Part shown: positions 11,710-25,807 of the stretch, piece after piece
How positions within the stretch are numbered: position 1 is the stretch's first letter
How the letters are laid out: every line of letters starts with the position of its first letter
DNA from: Phoronis australis
Lineage: Eukaryota; Animalia; Phoronida
Assembly (NCBI GenBank): GCA_002633005.1
Contig: NMRA01000175.1
Coordinates: forward strand, 209,432 to 273,431
Reading direction: 5' to 3'
Length of the DNA: 64,000 nt
Made by a program: the position numbers and the translations under genes
Notes under the pieces: model-generated
What the model saw: the letters and a program-made list of their open reading frames with translations, nothing else
Told to the model about the DNA's origin: nothing
Databases searched by the model: none

Positions 11710-14700
11710 TAAGATAACTCATCTCAGTTCACTTTTCTCCCCCGGAGTAGTTCAATACCGTCGGACCAGCTCACACCACGACGTAAATTTTAAAAGTTAT
11801 TGAGAGACTGGGTCGCACTTGCATCCCACGCATTCGACGGTATTCTCCATTTTAAGAGACAGGTGACTGGCAGTTGTTCGTGGTTGCGAGTTGAGCATGC
11901 ACATCTACCATCTTGAGTATTTAATTTGGTAAAATATATCAACTACATCGCACGTGTTTCCTATGCAAGAGGATTGGAGAGTGAGGCCTCCTTTTCTTCT
12001 CTCTTGTGCACAGTGCGCATATGATGCAAGTTTAAATTGACCAGTTTTTAATATTACTGTTCTTAAAAAAGGCTCTTGGGTTCTTCTAAGAACAAAAGCA
12101 TCTGTATTCAGTGCTCTGTGAAGCATTTTCGATGTGCAATGCTTCAGAATTAGATCGACTCTGAAAAACGATATTCCTGTTCATTTGTCGTTTAGAAGGC
12201 TCCTCTTGTTCCTTTCTTGTTGTTGTCAACTCCCTCGACCGCTGTAATGTGTCCGTTAATATTGGAACAATTTACTTTTACAGGATACATGTACAGCGTA
12301 CTTAAAGCTCATATTTCGCGTTGTTTAGCTAACTAAAGGTCAAAAATTGAATTAGGCTTTCTATTTTCATTAAATCGGTCTCATAATATTCCTTACCGTG
12401 AAAAGATTTCCCTTACCAATGCGAATGTAGAAACGTCAGCGACTCAAGAAGCCGGTTCAGAGTACAACTCTAAAATTGTGAATTCGAAAATGACGCTTTT
12501 TTCGCACTGTCTTTGACTGAAGTATCCGGTTCATTTGGCAGCAAATCAAGATCGGATGAAAATATCTTGTAAAACACCAAATCGCTTCGTTTAANTAAGA
12601 TAACTCATCTCAGTTCACTTTTCTCCCCCGGAGTAGTTCAATACCGTCGGACCGGCTCACACCACGACGTAAATTTTAAATTTATTGAGAGACTGGGTCG
12701 CACTTGCATCCCACGCATTCGACGGTATTCTCCATTTTAAGAGACAGGTGACTGGCAGTTGTTCGTGGTTGCGAGTTGAGCATGCACATCTACCATCTTG
12801 AGTATTTAATTTGTTAAAATATATCAACTACATCGCACGTGTTTCCTATGCAAGAGGATTGGAGAGTGAGGCCTATTAAAACCTATGTTTTTCGAAAAAT
12901 ATCTATTAGATTGTCAAAATATATTCAGAATTAACACAAGCTCATTTTCCTTTCTGAGAACCTCCTATGTTCAGGTTTGGAAATGCTGATGTCGGTATAA
13001 AACCGGAAGTGTCACAATACCTTGCGATCTCCATACGCAGACGTCATTTGCCATGGGGTGTCAAGAAATGACACAGTACCTTGCGACCTCCATACGTTTT
13101 CATTTAGCTTGGGGTTTCAATTAAAGCCTATCGTTACAATTGCAGTTTTTAATGCCGCCAACCACCCTGGGCTTCGGTTGAAAAGCGAAGACGAGATCTT
13201 AGGGATAAAAGCTAACTTCGTGATTAATCTAAATCTCTGAGATCAAGCAACTTCGCAGTATTCGCGTTTAGTGTACTGGTGACATAAATGTATTTTCAAT
13301 CGCTATTTACCCCCATTTACCTGTTATTTTAAAAAAATCTGCATTTTCTTGTCGGGTTTCCAAAGAGCGGAAAGTAAAAATCGGCTTCTTTTTTCTACGC
13401 ATGTCCAACTCCAAACCGTGGACTCGTGTATTGAAGTTCGCCCAAGAAACATATCCCCAGGCATCCAGAACACTTCGAGTATTTATGTAATTTCCATTCA
13501 GAGCACTTCGTTTATTTTCGTAACCTGGGGCGCATTCGAACACCTCCGATATTTTCGAATTATCCCTCGCAGAGCTCGACATTTCTAGAAATGTCCAACA
13601 TCGTCTTGCACGGCAGTCCACTAGTCCAGCGATTGATCTTGTTCTCTATCTGTTTATTCCAGAGAAGTTACTCCCATAACGTGATTCGGCTCGTCGCGAC
13701 TTGTTCTCTTATACCCTCAGGAGGTCATCCATAGGTTTTTTTTCATGTCGGCTCTGATAAGCACCACACACTACCCGCGTCGGCTATTTCCATGGCACCT
13801 AGCTACGGAATAGATGATGAGGTTGCGCTTCGATTTCGGTTAACTTTGACGACAAACCACAATCTACAACAGATAATGACGCCACAAAACACCACAGAGT
13901 TCGCTGTGTGATAGCGTTGGTCAAAGTTTATCAATTCAAGAAGTCAATGACCACGAATAACTCCGAGATGATTTTTTTCGGCCGTAAAACCGGTTGTGTC
14001 TTACACTGAAAAGAATCTGTATCGGTCACTCCGCTATAGTATTTTGCTAAATTGTATCCTTAGGGTGAGTGACGACATTGATCCTTTTGCTGTTCACCAG
14101 AATATAATGTTTTCAGCAAGACATGTGTATACTGGGTGGCATATTTGCTGAACGCGTTAAATTTTTTTCCTTTGTTGTTTGGGGTATGGTGAGTAAGTGC
14201 TTTTCCAGTGTGACTATGCAAGTTTTAGCTGAATTGCTTAAATTGTTCTTTTTCTTGTTACCATAGTAAAGGATTACATGAGCAAAATATCTTCAAAGCC
14301 TGCATGTAATTACCTCCATATTGCTCTTGCAAGCGTTGTACAAAAGGTGTTGGAAACAATCGTACTTAATCGCTTGTTAAGCGACTTGTTGGCAACTCAG
14401 TTCAACATACGCAATAGTGCTATCAAAGTTTTTGTCTCCTTTTCTTCTCTCTTGTGCACAGTGCGCATATGGTGCAAGTTTAAATTGACCAGTTTTTAAT
14501 ATTACTGTTCTTAAAAAAGGCTCTTGGGTTCTTCTAAGAACAAAAGCATCTGTATTCAGTGCTCTGTGTAGCATTTTCGATGTGCAATGCTTCAGAATCA
14601 GATCGACTCTGAAAAACGATATTCCTGTTCATTTGTCCTCTTGTTCCTTTCTTGTTGTTGTCAACTCCCTCGACCGCTGTAACGTGTCTGTTAATATTGG

Positions 14701-15029
14701 AACAATTTATTTTTACAGGATACATGTACAGCGTACTTAAAGCTCATATTTCGCGTTGTTTAGCTAACTAAAGGTCAAAAATTTAATTAGGCTTTCTATT
14801 TTCATTAAATCGGTCTCATAATATTCCTTACCGTGAAAAGATTTCCCTTACCAATGCGAATGTAGAAACGTCAGCGACTCAAGAAGCCGGTTCAGAGTAC
14901 AACTCTAAAATTGTGAATTCGAAAATGACGCTTTTTTCGCACTGTCTTTGACTGAAGTATCCTGTTCATTTGGCAGCAAATCAAGATCGGATGAAAATAT
15001 CTTGTAAAACACCAAATCGCTTCGTTTAA
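11710..15029. repeat. Near-identical duplication (11710-12594 versus 12596-15029), the second copy carrying an extra 1563 bp
   Basis: Both copies end at single N characters (12595, 15030). The junction gaggcct|ccttttc in copy 1 is split by 12875-14437 in copy 2. Confidence 0.9.
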
Positions 15030-15410
15030 NATTAAGTGGAAAATATGTCTAGGATAACCAACCAACCTTATTTTAGCTCAAAATGACATGAAAAAGGTTG
15101 TCTTCGCCTTTAAGAAGTTTACAGCTGAAAAGCGGGTAAACTATTTGTTTGAGTAATTCGTGTGTTTTGTAGCATATCATATGGACAGCCTAGCGTGTTG
15201 TATTCTATTGTACTGTGTTGCGAGTCTGCACGTGGGCGTATTAGGAAAAAGAAGGTTAGGTTCTGTCACGATTAAATCATTTGGAATATATATGTCAACC
15301 ATGCTTAGCCATTAAAGGTCAGCACACGGAGAGCTATGATCTCGTCTGTCTGTCTCACGTGGGTACAAAGTAGGACAGGTCACATCAAAGCAATTGGATA
15401 TAGCGGTTGA

Positions 15411-15681
15411 TGCATATCGTTGTCTAAATGGGTGAACGTAAAATACGTGCGTAAGTTAATTCTTGTTATAGAGGTGTAACGTAATTATTTGCGGCGTAAA
15501 GTAATTACGGTGCAAATAATTACTTTACACCGCAAATAATTACTTTACGCCGTTAAAAGTTACAGTACTCCGCAAATAATTATTTTACGCCGGAAATAAT
15601 AACTTTCACCTCTAACAAGAATAAACTTACTCACGTAATGTAAATGCGTAACGTTCAACCATTTGGCCAACGGCAGATGCA
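15411..15681. mobile_element. Palindromic MITE with internal ~21-bp gcaaataattactttac repeats
   Basis: Arms aaatgggtgaacg..gtaagttaattcttgttatagaggtg and cacctctaacaagaataaacttac..cgttcaaccattt are complementary. Confidence 0.75.
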
Positions 15682-16830
15682 TACCGTATTTCTTTCACAC
15701 TTTGACACCATGTTTCAGCTCAGCTAATGTCAGTGATCCCTGAACTGTAAGGGAACATTTCGTGAATACTTTCACATGGCAATTTACTATTTCTTGTTCA
15801 CTCAGTACAGTACTTTTAGGTCATTGTTTAAAAAGGTCCAAGCGTTTGATAGTGTACATTTTTTGAAAAAAAAACACGTTTATATGAATTAAATTGTATA
15901 CGTTGAGTAGAGAGAGCGCTATATACGAAACCATTAGCCAATCAGAAACTGAGAAACCCATTCTGGTACCCGCGGAAAACGCAGTGTGACGAGAGCTAAC
16001 ATAAACGAGATTATGTAATATTCCATTAAGAATTAAGAAATAGCTCAATTACGCGTTTTATACGGAATATGGCAATCAGATGTTTTTATTTAGAATACGA
16101 GAGTAAATACATTGTATATAGTTCGGCAAAGGTCAAGTCGTCGAGAGTTTCAACGATTTCAATAATTTTAAAAAGTCCATTTTTCCAGTTACTCCGTGGA
16201 AACGGCCTTGGGGGTTGAACGAGAGATGCAACGTGAGAACGAAGCGTTGACTCGGCCCCGGGTTCAAAGCCATGAACCCTCTTGCACATATCAAGTAGTT
16301 CGAAGTTGGTGTCAGCTATTAATTTCTAGCTCATGCTATGAAGACTTTTAGGACCTTCCCTCTAAAAGTTGATGTCTTATTCGTACTATTTAACTCGCGG
16401 CTCACCTTTTCTACTCATCCCGTGTGTTTTATGATTGGATGCACTTTTAGTTTCTAAAATCATCCAGGAGTGTTTTGTAAAAATTAGAACCATGTTGTTT
16501 CTTTTTGTCACCATTTTGTTATGTTTACACCTGACAACTTCGCTTTACTCGTGAATTAAAGCGCGCAATACATGTCCCCTGACCGTGCTGTAGTTTCTAA
16601 CAACATTGCGTTCGCAATCACATGCGTACGATCTTTTGTAAAAGACAACTTCAATGTACACGTTCGAATCTTTTCTCCGCATAATTAATAGATTTTTTTG
16701 CTGATTTCTTAGCTTTATCCATCAAGGTTGCGACCACGGGATAGGTATTTTACTGCCAAATAATGTTTTCTTCTTGAAACTGGAGCTTTTTATAGCTGGT
16801 GATTTATTTGTATCTTTTATATTTATTCAG

Positions 16831-17039
16831 TGGGGACCACGAGTACTTTATTGGTCTTGAGTATGACAGTGGTCAATATAAATGGTCAAATGGTCAACCT
16901 CCAATATGGGCTCCTTGGGACGATGGAGAGCCTGCGAAGAAGTCTAAACAGTATTGTGTCGTTGTAAAAAAGACTTCGGAGCGGTGGAGGACGAAGAAAT
17001 GTAACTCCAAATTACCATATATCTGCCAGTGCCATCGAG
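16831..17039 (+). CDS. C-type lectin/PAN-domain protein, exon 3 (C-terminal half of CTLD)
   Basis: Phase-2 acceptor atttattcag|. Translates YFIGL..YKWSNG..WAPWDDGEP..QYCVVV..WRTKKCNSKLPYICQ, i.e. the WIGL-like, WxxGEP, CV and W..C..YIC CTLD motifs. Phase-1 donor at 17040. Confidence 0.92.
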
Positions 17040-17396
17040 GTATTTGGTTGTTGTATTTTTTCATAGAATGGTTGAGTGATTTTGATATTTCTAAATAAAT
17101 TCCGTCATAATTTTTTCTCCTGTGAATTTAAACTTTGCATTATTGATTCCTGGGAATACGTTTGCAGCTTTTTTTTATTCAGCAAACAGAATTTGTCTAT
17201 TCAAAATGACTGAAAATAAAGACAAGTGCTCACTCTTGAGCAGAAATTGGTCGTTGATTTTTGGTGCCTTAAAACTGAACATCTTGTGAAGGATGTGCAA
17301 CGTGCTTTGAGAGGCACGTTTTAGTAAAAAATACACAGAGTCTATAATGGGTGTAATCAGCATTCTGCACGGAAAAAAGTCAGACATGCCCGCAAT

Positions 17397-20302
17397 GGAC
17401 CGGGATCTCAAAGCTTTTTTGGGCATGAAAAGGTAATCAATTTTCTTTGATACCACAGTGGTCTATGGGTATCCTGATGCTTGGAAATGGCTGTCTGACA
17501 GGTTTGCTCTGGTAGGTGAGGCCAGGGAGGCCAGGAGAATGGCTAGATCAACTTATCTGGTAACCACTTCAAACTGTTTTCGATACCTACCACGTAATCC
17601 ACTGAGTCAAAATTGGTCACTGCCAGACAATTTCAGCGGTGGAGAGTATCATCCAGACGGTTATAAACAATGTAAAAAATTGAGCCAGATCAATCCAAGA
17701 GATTACCGCATGAAACCAGTTGCAAGATATTCACCGCGAGCTCAAGTATCACGAATTAACACTGTCAGACAAATCTAGTGGTGGGTTAGCCACGCCTGTG
17801 GTTGGAGTGACCTCACAAGTGTATGCGTCAACAGTGGAATACTCCATATGATTCACTATTAAAAACAAAACCGAAAATCCTTCCTGATAGCACATTGTGT
17901 TTGCTTGAATTTCGATTTTTCGTTGTCGTCTGCGTCATATATGCGCGCCAGCTTCCTTCATTTCACACAGTGATTAATGTCAAATTTGGGAAAACTGCTC
18001 AGTTTTGGACACTCTACATCTTTCTCATAAACTGAGCCTACAGAGAACTCCAGAGATGCGTCAAGACCAATGACGTCAGTAGGTATATCAACAGTTTCCC
18101 TAACAATGCTAGATGTATTCTTTACCCTGAACCAAATGGGGAACATTGTGGGAGTCCTGATAGTTTTTCAGTTTATTTAGATTGGCAATCATTTCACTCG
18201 CACGACACAGATATGAGGACAATGGAACTGTTCGCTTTTTCTCTTCATAGTGAATATAAAGCACGTTCAAATTAATTATTCATAGCTGTTGTATATGGTG
18301 CTCAGACATCGTGGCGACGGCCCCGGGCATCCACATTGGGGAAGGGGTATTCAACCACTATGTATAATCTCTTTGGAAATCGTGACTGATTTGCAGTTGA
18401 ATCAAATAATGATTCTAGTTTATGTTTCACCTTTTTACTTTTATTATTGATATTCACAGCCAGGGGGTTTGGGGGTTCGATCGAACCCCCGAGTTTATGA
18501 GTCCGTTAACCGTGTAGTTTAGGTACCTTTACTGGTGACCGCTCTGATTCCCTAAGCCCCAGACGACTTTTACCATGCCTATTCAGCACGCTCTTTGTAT
18601 TGAAGTAGATCTGAGCTAATAAAGTGGAAAGGTATTTGATAGCATTACTGTCTTAACAATGGTTGCTGTTAGTACCCGCAATTTGGTTTTCTCTGACATT
18701 TACAGAGTTATAGCCTGCAACTCCGGAAAGTAGTTTTAACTTGGTACATTATAAGTATTACAAAATGACTAAAAAGGTTAACTTGTGTTTATCTTCACAA
18801 AGGGTCACTTCCCAAAGGAACGATGAGTTTCATTTTGGTTTTCTTTATTTAATTTTTAATGCTTCTGCCCACTTGGTTTTTTTACCGGGAACGGGTTGAT
18901 AACTTTTTATCTAAGTTTTGAACTTGAAGTACCAAAACAGTGGTAGATTTTGATCGCCAGCTAAACTTAATTAGTTAAGTTCATTGTGAGCATCCGCTTT
19001 CTGGTATTACAAATTCCGTCCCGCTGAGAGTCATTGTTGTGCATACAGATTTCCCTTTCCCCGAAATGAGCGCGTCAAAGGTGTCGACGTTTGCAAAATA
19101 TCAAAGGTCCACCGTTGTTGAAATTCGAACCACCCCCGGCTCAATGCTGGCTACTGGCCTGAAAAGAATATGTGCATTTGAGTTGAGAGAGGCGTCCAAT
19201 AAAAAGTCGCCCTTGCATCGAACAAATCCCTGCATGCTACTGCCCCACGGCTGAAAATGTCTGTTAAGTACCTTTTGTTTACTCGACATTATGCAAACTG
19301 TTTCAAACGATTACCTGGCCAATTAATCTGGCCCAACTCAGATATTTGGTCGTGTGTGGCTGGGCTAACCCACCCCTAGACTTGTCTCGCAGTGTTTTTT
19401 CATGATACATGGGTTTACGTAGAATATTTTCCAACTGGTTTCATGCAGTTACCTCTTGGATTGATTTACCTCAAATTTTAGCCTTTTCTTTAGTCGTTTG
19501 CAGGGGCACCACACAGCTGAAATTGTCTAGCATCTCACAGTGATGCTGAGCATCGTGCGATTGATTTCAAACGGTTACCGAGTGGGTTGATCTAGCTCAA
19601 CTCAGGTAATTGGGCGTGTCTGACGGGGCTAACCCACCAATAGACTTGCCTGGCAGTGTTATTCGTGATACCTGGGCTAACGGTGAAATATTTTGCGACT
19701 GGTTTTAAGCGGTTACCTCTTGAGTTGATCCAGCTCAAATTTTAACCCTATTTGATAATCGTCTGGCAGGGGCATCCCACCGCTGAAATTATCTGGCATC
19801 TTACTGTTATGCCCTGTACATTGATTCTACACATCGTACAATTAATTTCAAACGGTTACCTAGTGGGTTGATCTAGCTCAACTCGGGTATTTGGGCGTAT
19901 CTGGCGGGGCTAACCCACCAATAGATTAGTCTGGCAGTGTTTATTCGTGATACCTGGACTTACGGTGAATATTTTTGCAACTGGTTTAACGCGGTTACCT
20001 CTTGGATTGATCGAGCTCAATTGTTTGCCTTGTTTATGACCGTCTGGGCGATACTCCCCACCACTGAAATTGTCTGGCAGTGACCAATGTTGATACAGTG
20101 GATTACGTAGTAGGTATCTCAGGCAGTTTGAAGTGGTTACCAGAAAAGTTGATCTAGCTCAATTTTGAGTGTTATTCTCTTGCCTCCCCTGGCCACACCC
20201 ACCATAGCGAACCTGCCAGACGGCCATTTCCAAGCATAGAGCACTGTGGCACCAAAGAAAATTGGTTACTTTTCATGCCCAAAAAGCTCTGGGATCCCGG
20301 TC
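17397..20302. mobile_element. Foldback-type element: inverted arms 17397-17820 and 19290-20302, right arm expanded by ~270-bp tandem subrepeats
   Basis: gaccgggatctcaaagcttttttgggcatgaaaagg..tggtaaccacttcaaactg is the reverse complement of cagtttgaagtggttacca..cttttcatgcccaaaaagctctgggatcccggtc. Subrepeats start near 19301, 19565 and 19847. Confidence 0.8.
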
Positions 20303-23300
20303 TACAACGGAATCCCTATTTGCGTAGTATTTTGGATAAAATATCCTTCGTGCAAGTTTAAGTTAAAATTTTACTAGGTTTTTCCGTTTCCACCTCAATA
20401 GCTGAAATACTATACGGAAATACCTCAAGATTAACTTCTATAATGTTAATATTTTTCTATAAAACTGTTCTAAACTATACAACGTTCAGAGTTTCAGGTG
20501 CCCTTTTCATAACCCCGTAAAAAGTAAATGATTTTGCCTACATTTCATTACACGTGTAGTCATTTCAAGCCACATTTGTATGTCTCGACAACAGAAAATG
20601 TAAACAAAATTGATTTTTTATTAATTCTACTAATACCGAAAGAATCTTAGCACCGCCGTGAGCCATTCAGGAAACGTCGGATGCCGGTACACGTGCACTA
20701 CAAGTTGTCATGGGGAATAAGATTGTTCTCGACACTAACTTAGATGTGACATTTCAATGCACCTGAACGTTCTTCCCCGCGCGCGACTGAGCAAAAAATT
20801 CTTTTCTCTCGCGTACGCTTTTCCTTTTTCGCGAACTCGGCAAATTGTTAAATAAACAAGTTATTTGGTTTGACCCTACAGTTACGAAAGCGACACTACA
20901 GAAGTCATTCAATCTATTCGTTTTAACGATAATTAAGTGACGAACCCAGATAATATAATAATTTTCTTCACACTATTATGCTTCCGTAGAAATTTAGCTA
21001 ACTATTCCCACAGATTATTCTGAAAAATGCCAATAGATAAGCCAAAAATCGTGCTGAAGTAAACCAAGCCTTGTTCCTCGCTGAAAAAGCATCGTTTTTG
21101 TTTTTCTTTAATACTCTCTGACTGTTCAAATTGTAGCCAAAATTTCATTTTTAAGAAAGGTAGGTTCGTAGCAAAATAACCGCTTGGTCGAATTTAATGA
21201 AATCTTTTTAAATGAAAATTTCGAAATGTACCTCCTCAAAAACGTTGTTAAGAGTTTTAGATTACTCATTTAGTTTTGTTTCTATGTCAAATTTACTCAC
21301 AAAACGTAAGGAGTTTTGTAAACACTAGCAGTCGTATTCGTCTGTCTTACGGTACGCAAAATATGCGTTTAAAAAGAAAATTTTAATAACGTTTTTGAGA
21401 TCGATGAATACATACTAAATTTGGAAAGTTCCAGTGAAATTCGACGAGCTGTTTTCGAGAACTCGCGTTCCCTGGTTCAAATTAAGTCGATTTCCCGAAG
21501 CCGAGAAAAGGCGGAAAACGTTGCGAGTCTTCAATATCTGACGGTTATAGCCTAATAATTCGGTTAAAATTTGTTCTTGTCAATATAACCTATGCATTTC
21601 TTAACCATGTGCGCTATTTCAAAATTCACTCGCAATGGCAACTGAATTTCCAGTGCGTAATTAACTCAATTATCACTAAAACGTTTTAGTTTTGTGAATG
21701 AGTTTCGAGTCAACCTAGGACAAAGGCGGGTTCATTCTGATACACACTATTCGCCGGGAGACTAATATCAAGAAACCAAGTACGAAATGGGCAATAGCAA
21801 TCGAGTCGGTGCATTTGTTCTCAACTGTGGTATGAATGCAGACATACAACTCCCTCGATCAGGATCAAGACGTAGTTATGTCTTCATTTTCCGCTGTATC
21901 TTTCTATGTTATATACATCTTGCTGACTCAACATTAGGGCGGTGAGGTGAAACACTGAAGGTGCACACGGAACTGCTCTATGCCTGGCGAGAGATTCGAT
22001 TTGAGAGACAATTCTGTAAGCTTGGATCTCGGAAAAATAGTAAACAAATTTACACGAGTTTGAAGGTGGTTCTAAATTGTTTTGAGGGTTGTGTTCCGTA
22101 GACGCGAAAATGCAGCCTCGCGCAAGACTTCGCGAGGTATCGCCACGGATTACGAGTGAACCACGTTGTCACACTCACGAAATTCTCAAGGCTTGAATCC
22201 TACGGAACGGAAATCCGGTGTCTAGAAAGCTACCAGTTTCAATCTACCTTAGTAACTTACATATGGCATAAATTCAACAGTTGCATGTACAAGGGTGTGA
22301 TTTCTGTTTAGAGCAATGGAACTCAATGAGCTGAACTCCCCCGATCAAGTTGCACACTGCTTGCGACTCTATTTGGTCGTTAGTCTTGCTTTTAAATGTA
22401 GCAAAACAGATTAACTACGACCGATTTTCAACTGTATTAATTTTGGAAAGTTTAAGTCCAAATTCCAAAAGTTTTTAGATTTGCATCTTAAGGTACTGTA
22501 CAACACTCCTGTAACCGTTATATGGAGAAGTCTACTCAACTAACAGACAGGCTCTTAGTACTACCAAGATTTCATTAACCTAATGAAATATTTATTGAAT
22601 GGTGAACATTGCTATATTTCTCGGTAGCTTTGTTTCACAGCTGTATTCTAGTGTTTTCTCTGTAATACTTGCACGAATTGCAAAAGTGACATACATTAGT
22701 AAGCGCACACTTTCCATTAGTGTTCGCCTATTCCTTACGAAACCATATTCATTGTAACTGAAGCTCATCATTCCAATGAGAGGAAATACGAAGGAAACAA
22801 GATGATCTTGTGCAAATACACCTTCGCGTGTCTTAATTAAGAAACGTCATTCACGTAGCGCGTCATACATGTATAGCCGATATAGTACATGCACTTTACG
22901 GTTGGATTCAGCTTTGTTGTTTGTTACCTCCCTTTTTTCTTGGAAATTCGGACCGCTTGCCAGTCCAAGTTCACCCCCATGTGAATTCGTGCCAACAACA
23001 TTTGTTGAATAAACGGATGACTACATTGTAAGCGGTAGATGAAACCAAACGGACAAATGGTTACTTTAAAATGCAAATCTTTTTGTAATATTACACTTAT
23101 GAAACAGTGATCTTGAACCCAATATGTATACGAAAAGAACACGCCAAAGGGAAACCAAAAAATCTAGCACAGGTACAAGTGTCAGTTACAAATTCAACAG
23201 GACATTTTAGAAATTTTTATTTTAATATGTGGGTTCCTCTCATGCAATGTGTTCATCAAGGTGTTACTAACGATTTCACGTTACCTTTGCAATACTTAAT

Positions 23301-25543
23301 TTTATTTCATATTAGTAAAAGTCTTAATAAACATTCTAAACATTTGTCAAGTACCAGTTCTGGGCACTGGCCAGAACATTTTTGTTTGAGCCCACCCCCA
23401 CCCCTCCCCCAACCTGTTTGTACAAATCGTTTACACGCACCACAAAACGTACCCTTGACCATATGTATTTCGACAAACTCCGAAAAAACTTATTATGCAC
23501 AGATTTACCAAAGCAAATTGAACTAAATTCAAAATGACAAAGCTGTAATAGCACGGTGACTCCTATTTGGCTATCTTTCTCTTTTTCATCTTTAGTTGAA
23601 GTCGCAGGTCACTTGATATAAATTGAGAACCTCAAGGAGATCTGTGGATCCTTGGAAAGCAGCCGATAATCCATAGACATCCTTTTCCTGTGCCTTTACT
23701 TTCCTTTCTCAGGGTCTGACAATGGAATAAATTTAATCTATTAGAGGATAAACCGATGACGGATTTAACTATCATTCTTTTCCAGCTTATTAATGGCTGA
23801 ATCTTTTCTTGGAGGAACAGCCCTGAGAAATTTCCCCGTTGCTCCCAATAAATCCGGTAATGTCAACTGTTCACGGAGAGATGTAGACGGAATTTCAAAT
23901 TCGTCGAGAAAAATTCAGAATATGTTCATGTGAAGACGACTAAAACAACAACAAATGTGAGACTGTGTTGAAAAAAAAACAATTGCACGGACAGTCATCT
24001 TAATATTGAAATTTGAAGAACTTGGAGACAGGTGTTTTTAAATCACACAACGATAATATTCCTGGTGGTTATATGACGTTAAAAACATCAATACTTTTTC
24101 CCAAGAAATTCCAACAATTATATACTTGTTTTGGAGATCATTGTTAGAAAAGCATTGTATATTGGTGAAAGGGGATTCACGTTAATACGAATAAGTTCCG
24201 AAATTTTCTTGTGGGAGGTCTCAACCCCCCCCCCCCGTGAAATTCCAAGCTCCCCATCGTTTCCCAGCTGATCGTCAAGTATCTGAGCGCGTGCTTTCGG
24301 GAATCACCTAAAAATTCCACACAGCAAATTACGGATTCAAAAAATCTCGTAACTAATTAACCGGCAGGATTTTAGCCACGTAAGTATTCTGTGCAATAGC
24401 ACACTACCTCGCATGATCACACTGGTCAAAAGAGTAAAGGTGTCATTTCAAGAAAAATAAATCAGCCGCAACACACTGATAGCTTCTTTCGTTTAACCGC
24501 GCTAAGAGCTCGATCGTAACGTTGATCTACCAACATTTCACAAGGCAAACATGCCTTGAAAATGCGCTTAGTGTTCCACTACAGTTCAACTATGTCATTG
24601 TTTCCGATTATCAATTGACTCCTCGAGGGACTTATCTTGTGATGGCTGTCGTTAAATTCTTTAACTTCTCAAATCTCGCAGGCGATAGTACTAGACTTGT
24701 GGGACTTTCCGACAATATTTCAGCCCTCTGTTCTCCTCATTTAACCTTACTAAATGAGTTCACGGGAATGGATCACCTCAGCCATATGGCTTTCTATTAA
24801 AAATATGCGCTTGGCAAGAGCCCGCCAAACATGTACCAAAACATACACATCCCTAAACGGAAAATGTACTCACTCCGGCAAGATAAATTTCGTCAAATAT
24901 GACGCATTTTGGTTTCGAACTAAGCTTAGTTTGTTGCACTCAAGACCTCAAAGAAAACTTTTCTGGTGTCTTTTTAGTTAGTTAGCTAGTTTGGATGTGA
25001 AAAGGCATAATATTTAATGAAACTTTGCCACGAAAAAGAGCTGCCACTTAAGTACACCACCGTAAGGACGAAACTACCATATAATCACAAGCGTTTCGCT
25101 CAAAATGAAAAGGTTAATTTTAAAATTCAACGTTCTGTGTTAAAGTAGACAAATTTTAATGACAAATTTGTTGTATTGATCCATTCAGTATTCCAAAAAT
25201 GGTGTAAAATGACATTTGGCAAGACACTTTTTCATACGCAAGTTAAAAATTTAATGTCAAGTTTTCCAGTGCTTGTCCTGTACAAGATTTTAAAAAGACA
25301 GCCACCGGGAATGGAAAATTCAATTGGTCAAAATTTTGTGAACTTAAGTATTTGTTTCTACTTCAAATATACTTAAGGACTGCAGACGGTAAACTAGTAA
25401 GAATGAAATACGACTATAGCAGGCAGCTTTATCATTCATATTTTAATAAAAAAGATATCGAGCTTTCGAGCAAGTAGAGCTCTTCGTCAGCTGAGTTGAA
25501 AAGCAAAAGTTAAAATATATGCCTACCTGTCTGTGTTTTACCT

Positions 25544-25807
25544 CAGGGGTCCGTTTCAAATAGTGTCTTTAGACTAAGTCAGAAATTTGGTTTCACGCTC
25601 CGTGCAACTACTTCTAAAAAATGAAATCACACTTGAACAAAAGTGGAAAATTCCTGTGGATATACACTTAACTGCTGTTGCTAGTAACTGAGACACTATC
25701 TATAAATTATTTCTAGACTGTGATGCGCGCATAGTTACTTGGCTTAATTNGGGGGGGGCAGAATTCTGTCTTTACTCTAAGGTCATTTATCTTCACACAG
25801 GCCCCTG
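25544..25807. mobile_element. MITE with CAGGGG...CCCCTG termini
   Basis: TIRs present. The internal sequence (taagtcagaaatttgg..cgctcc..agactgtgatgcgc.cata.tt.cttggcttaatt) is shared with 61171-61459. Confidence 0.75.

Noticed and set aside
22924-23900. Decayed coding-like sequence in lectin intron 3
   Set aside because: No continuous frame or recognisable motif; possibly an old transposon, but it cannot be supported.
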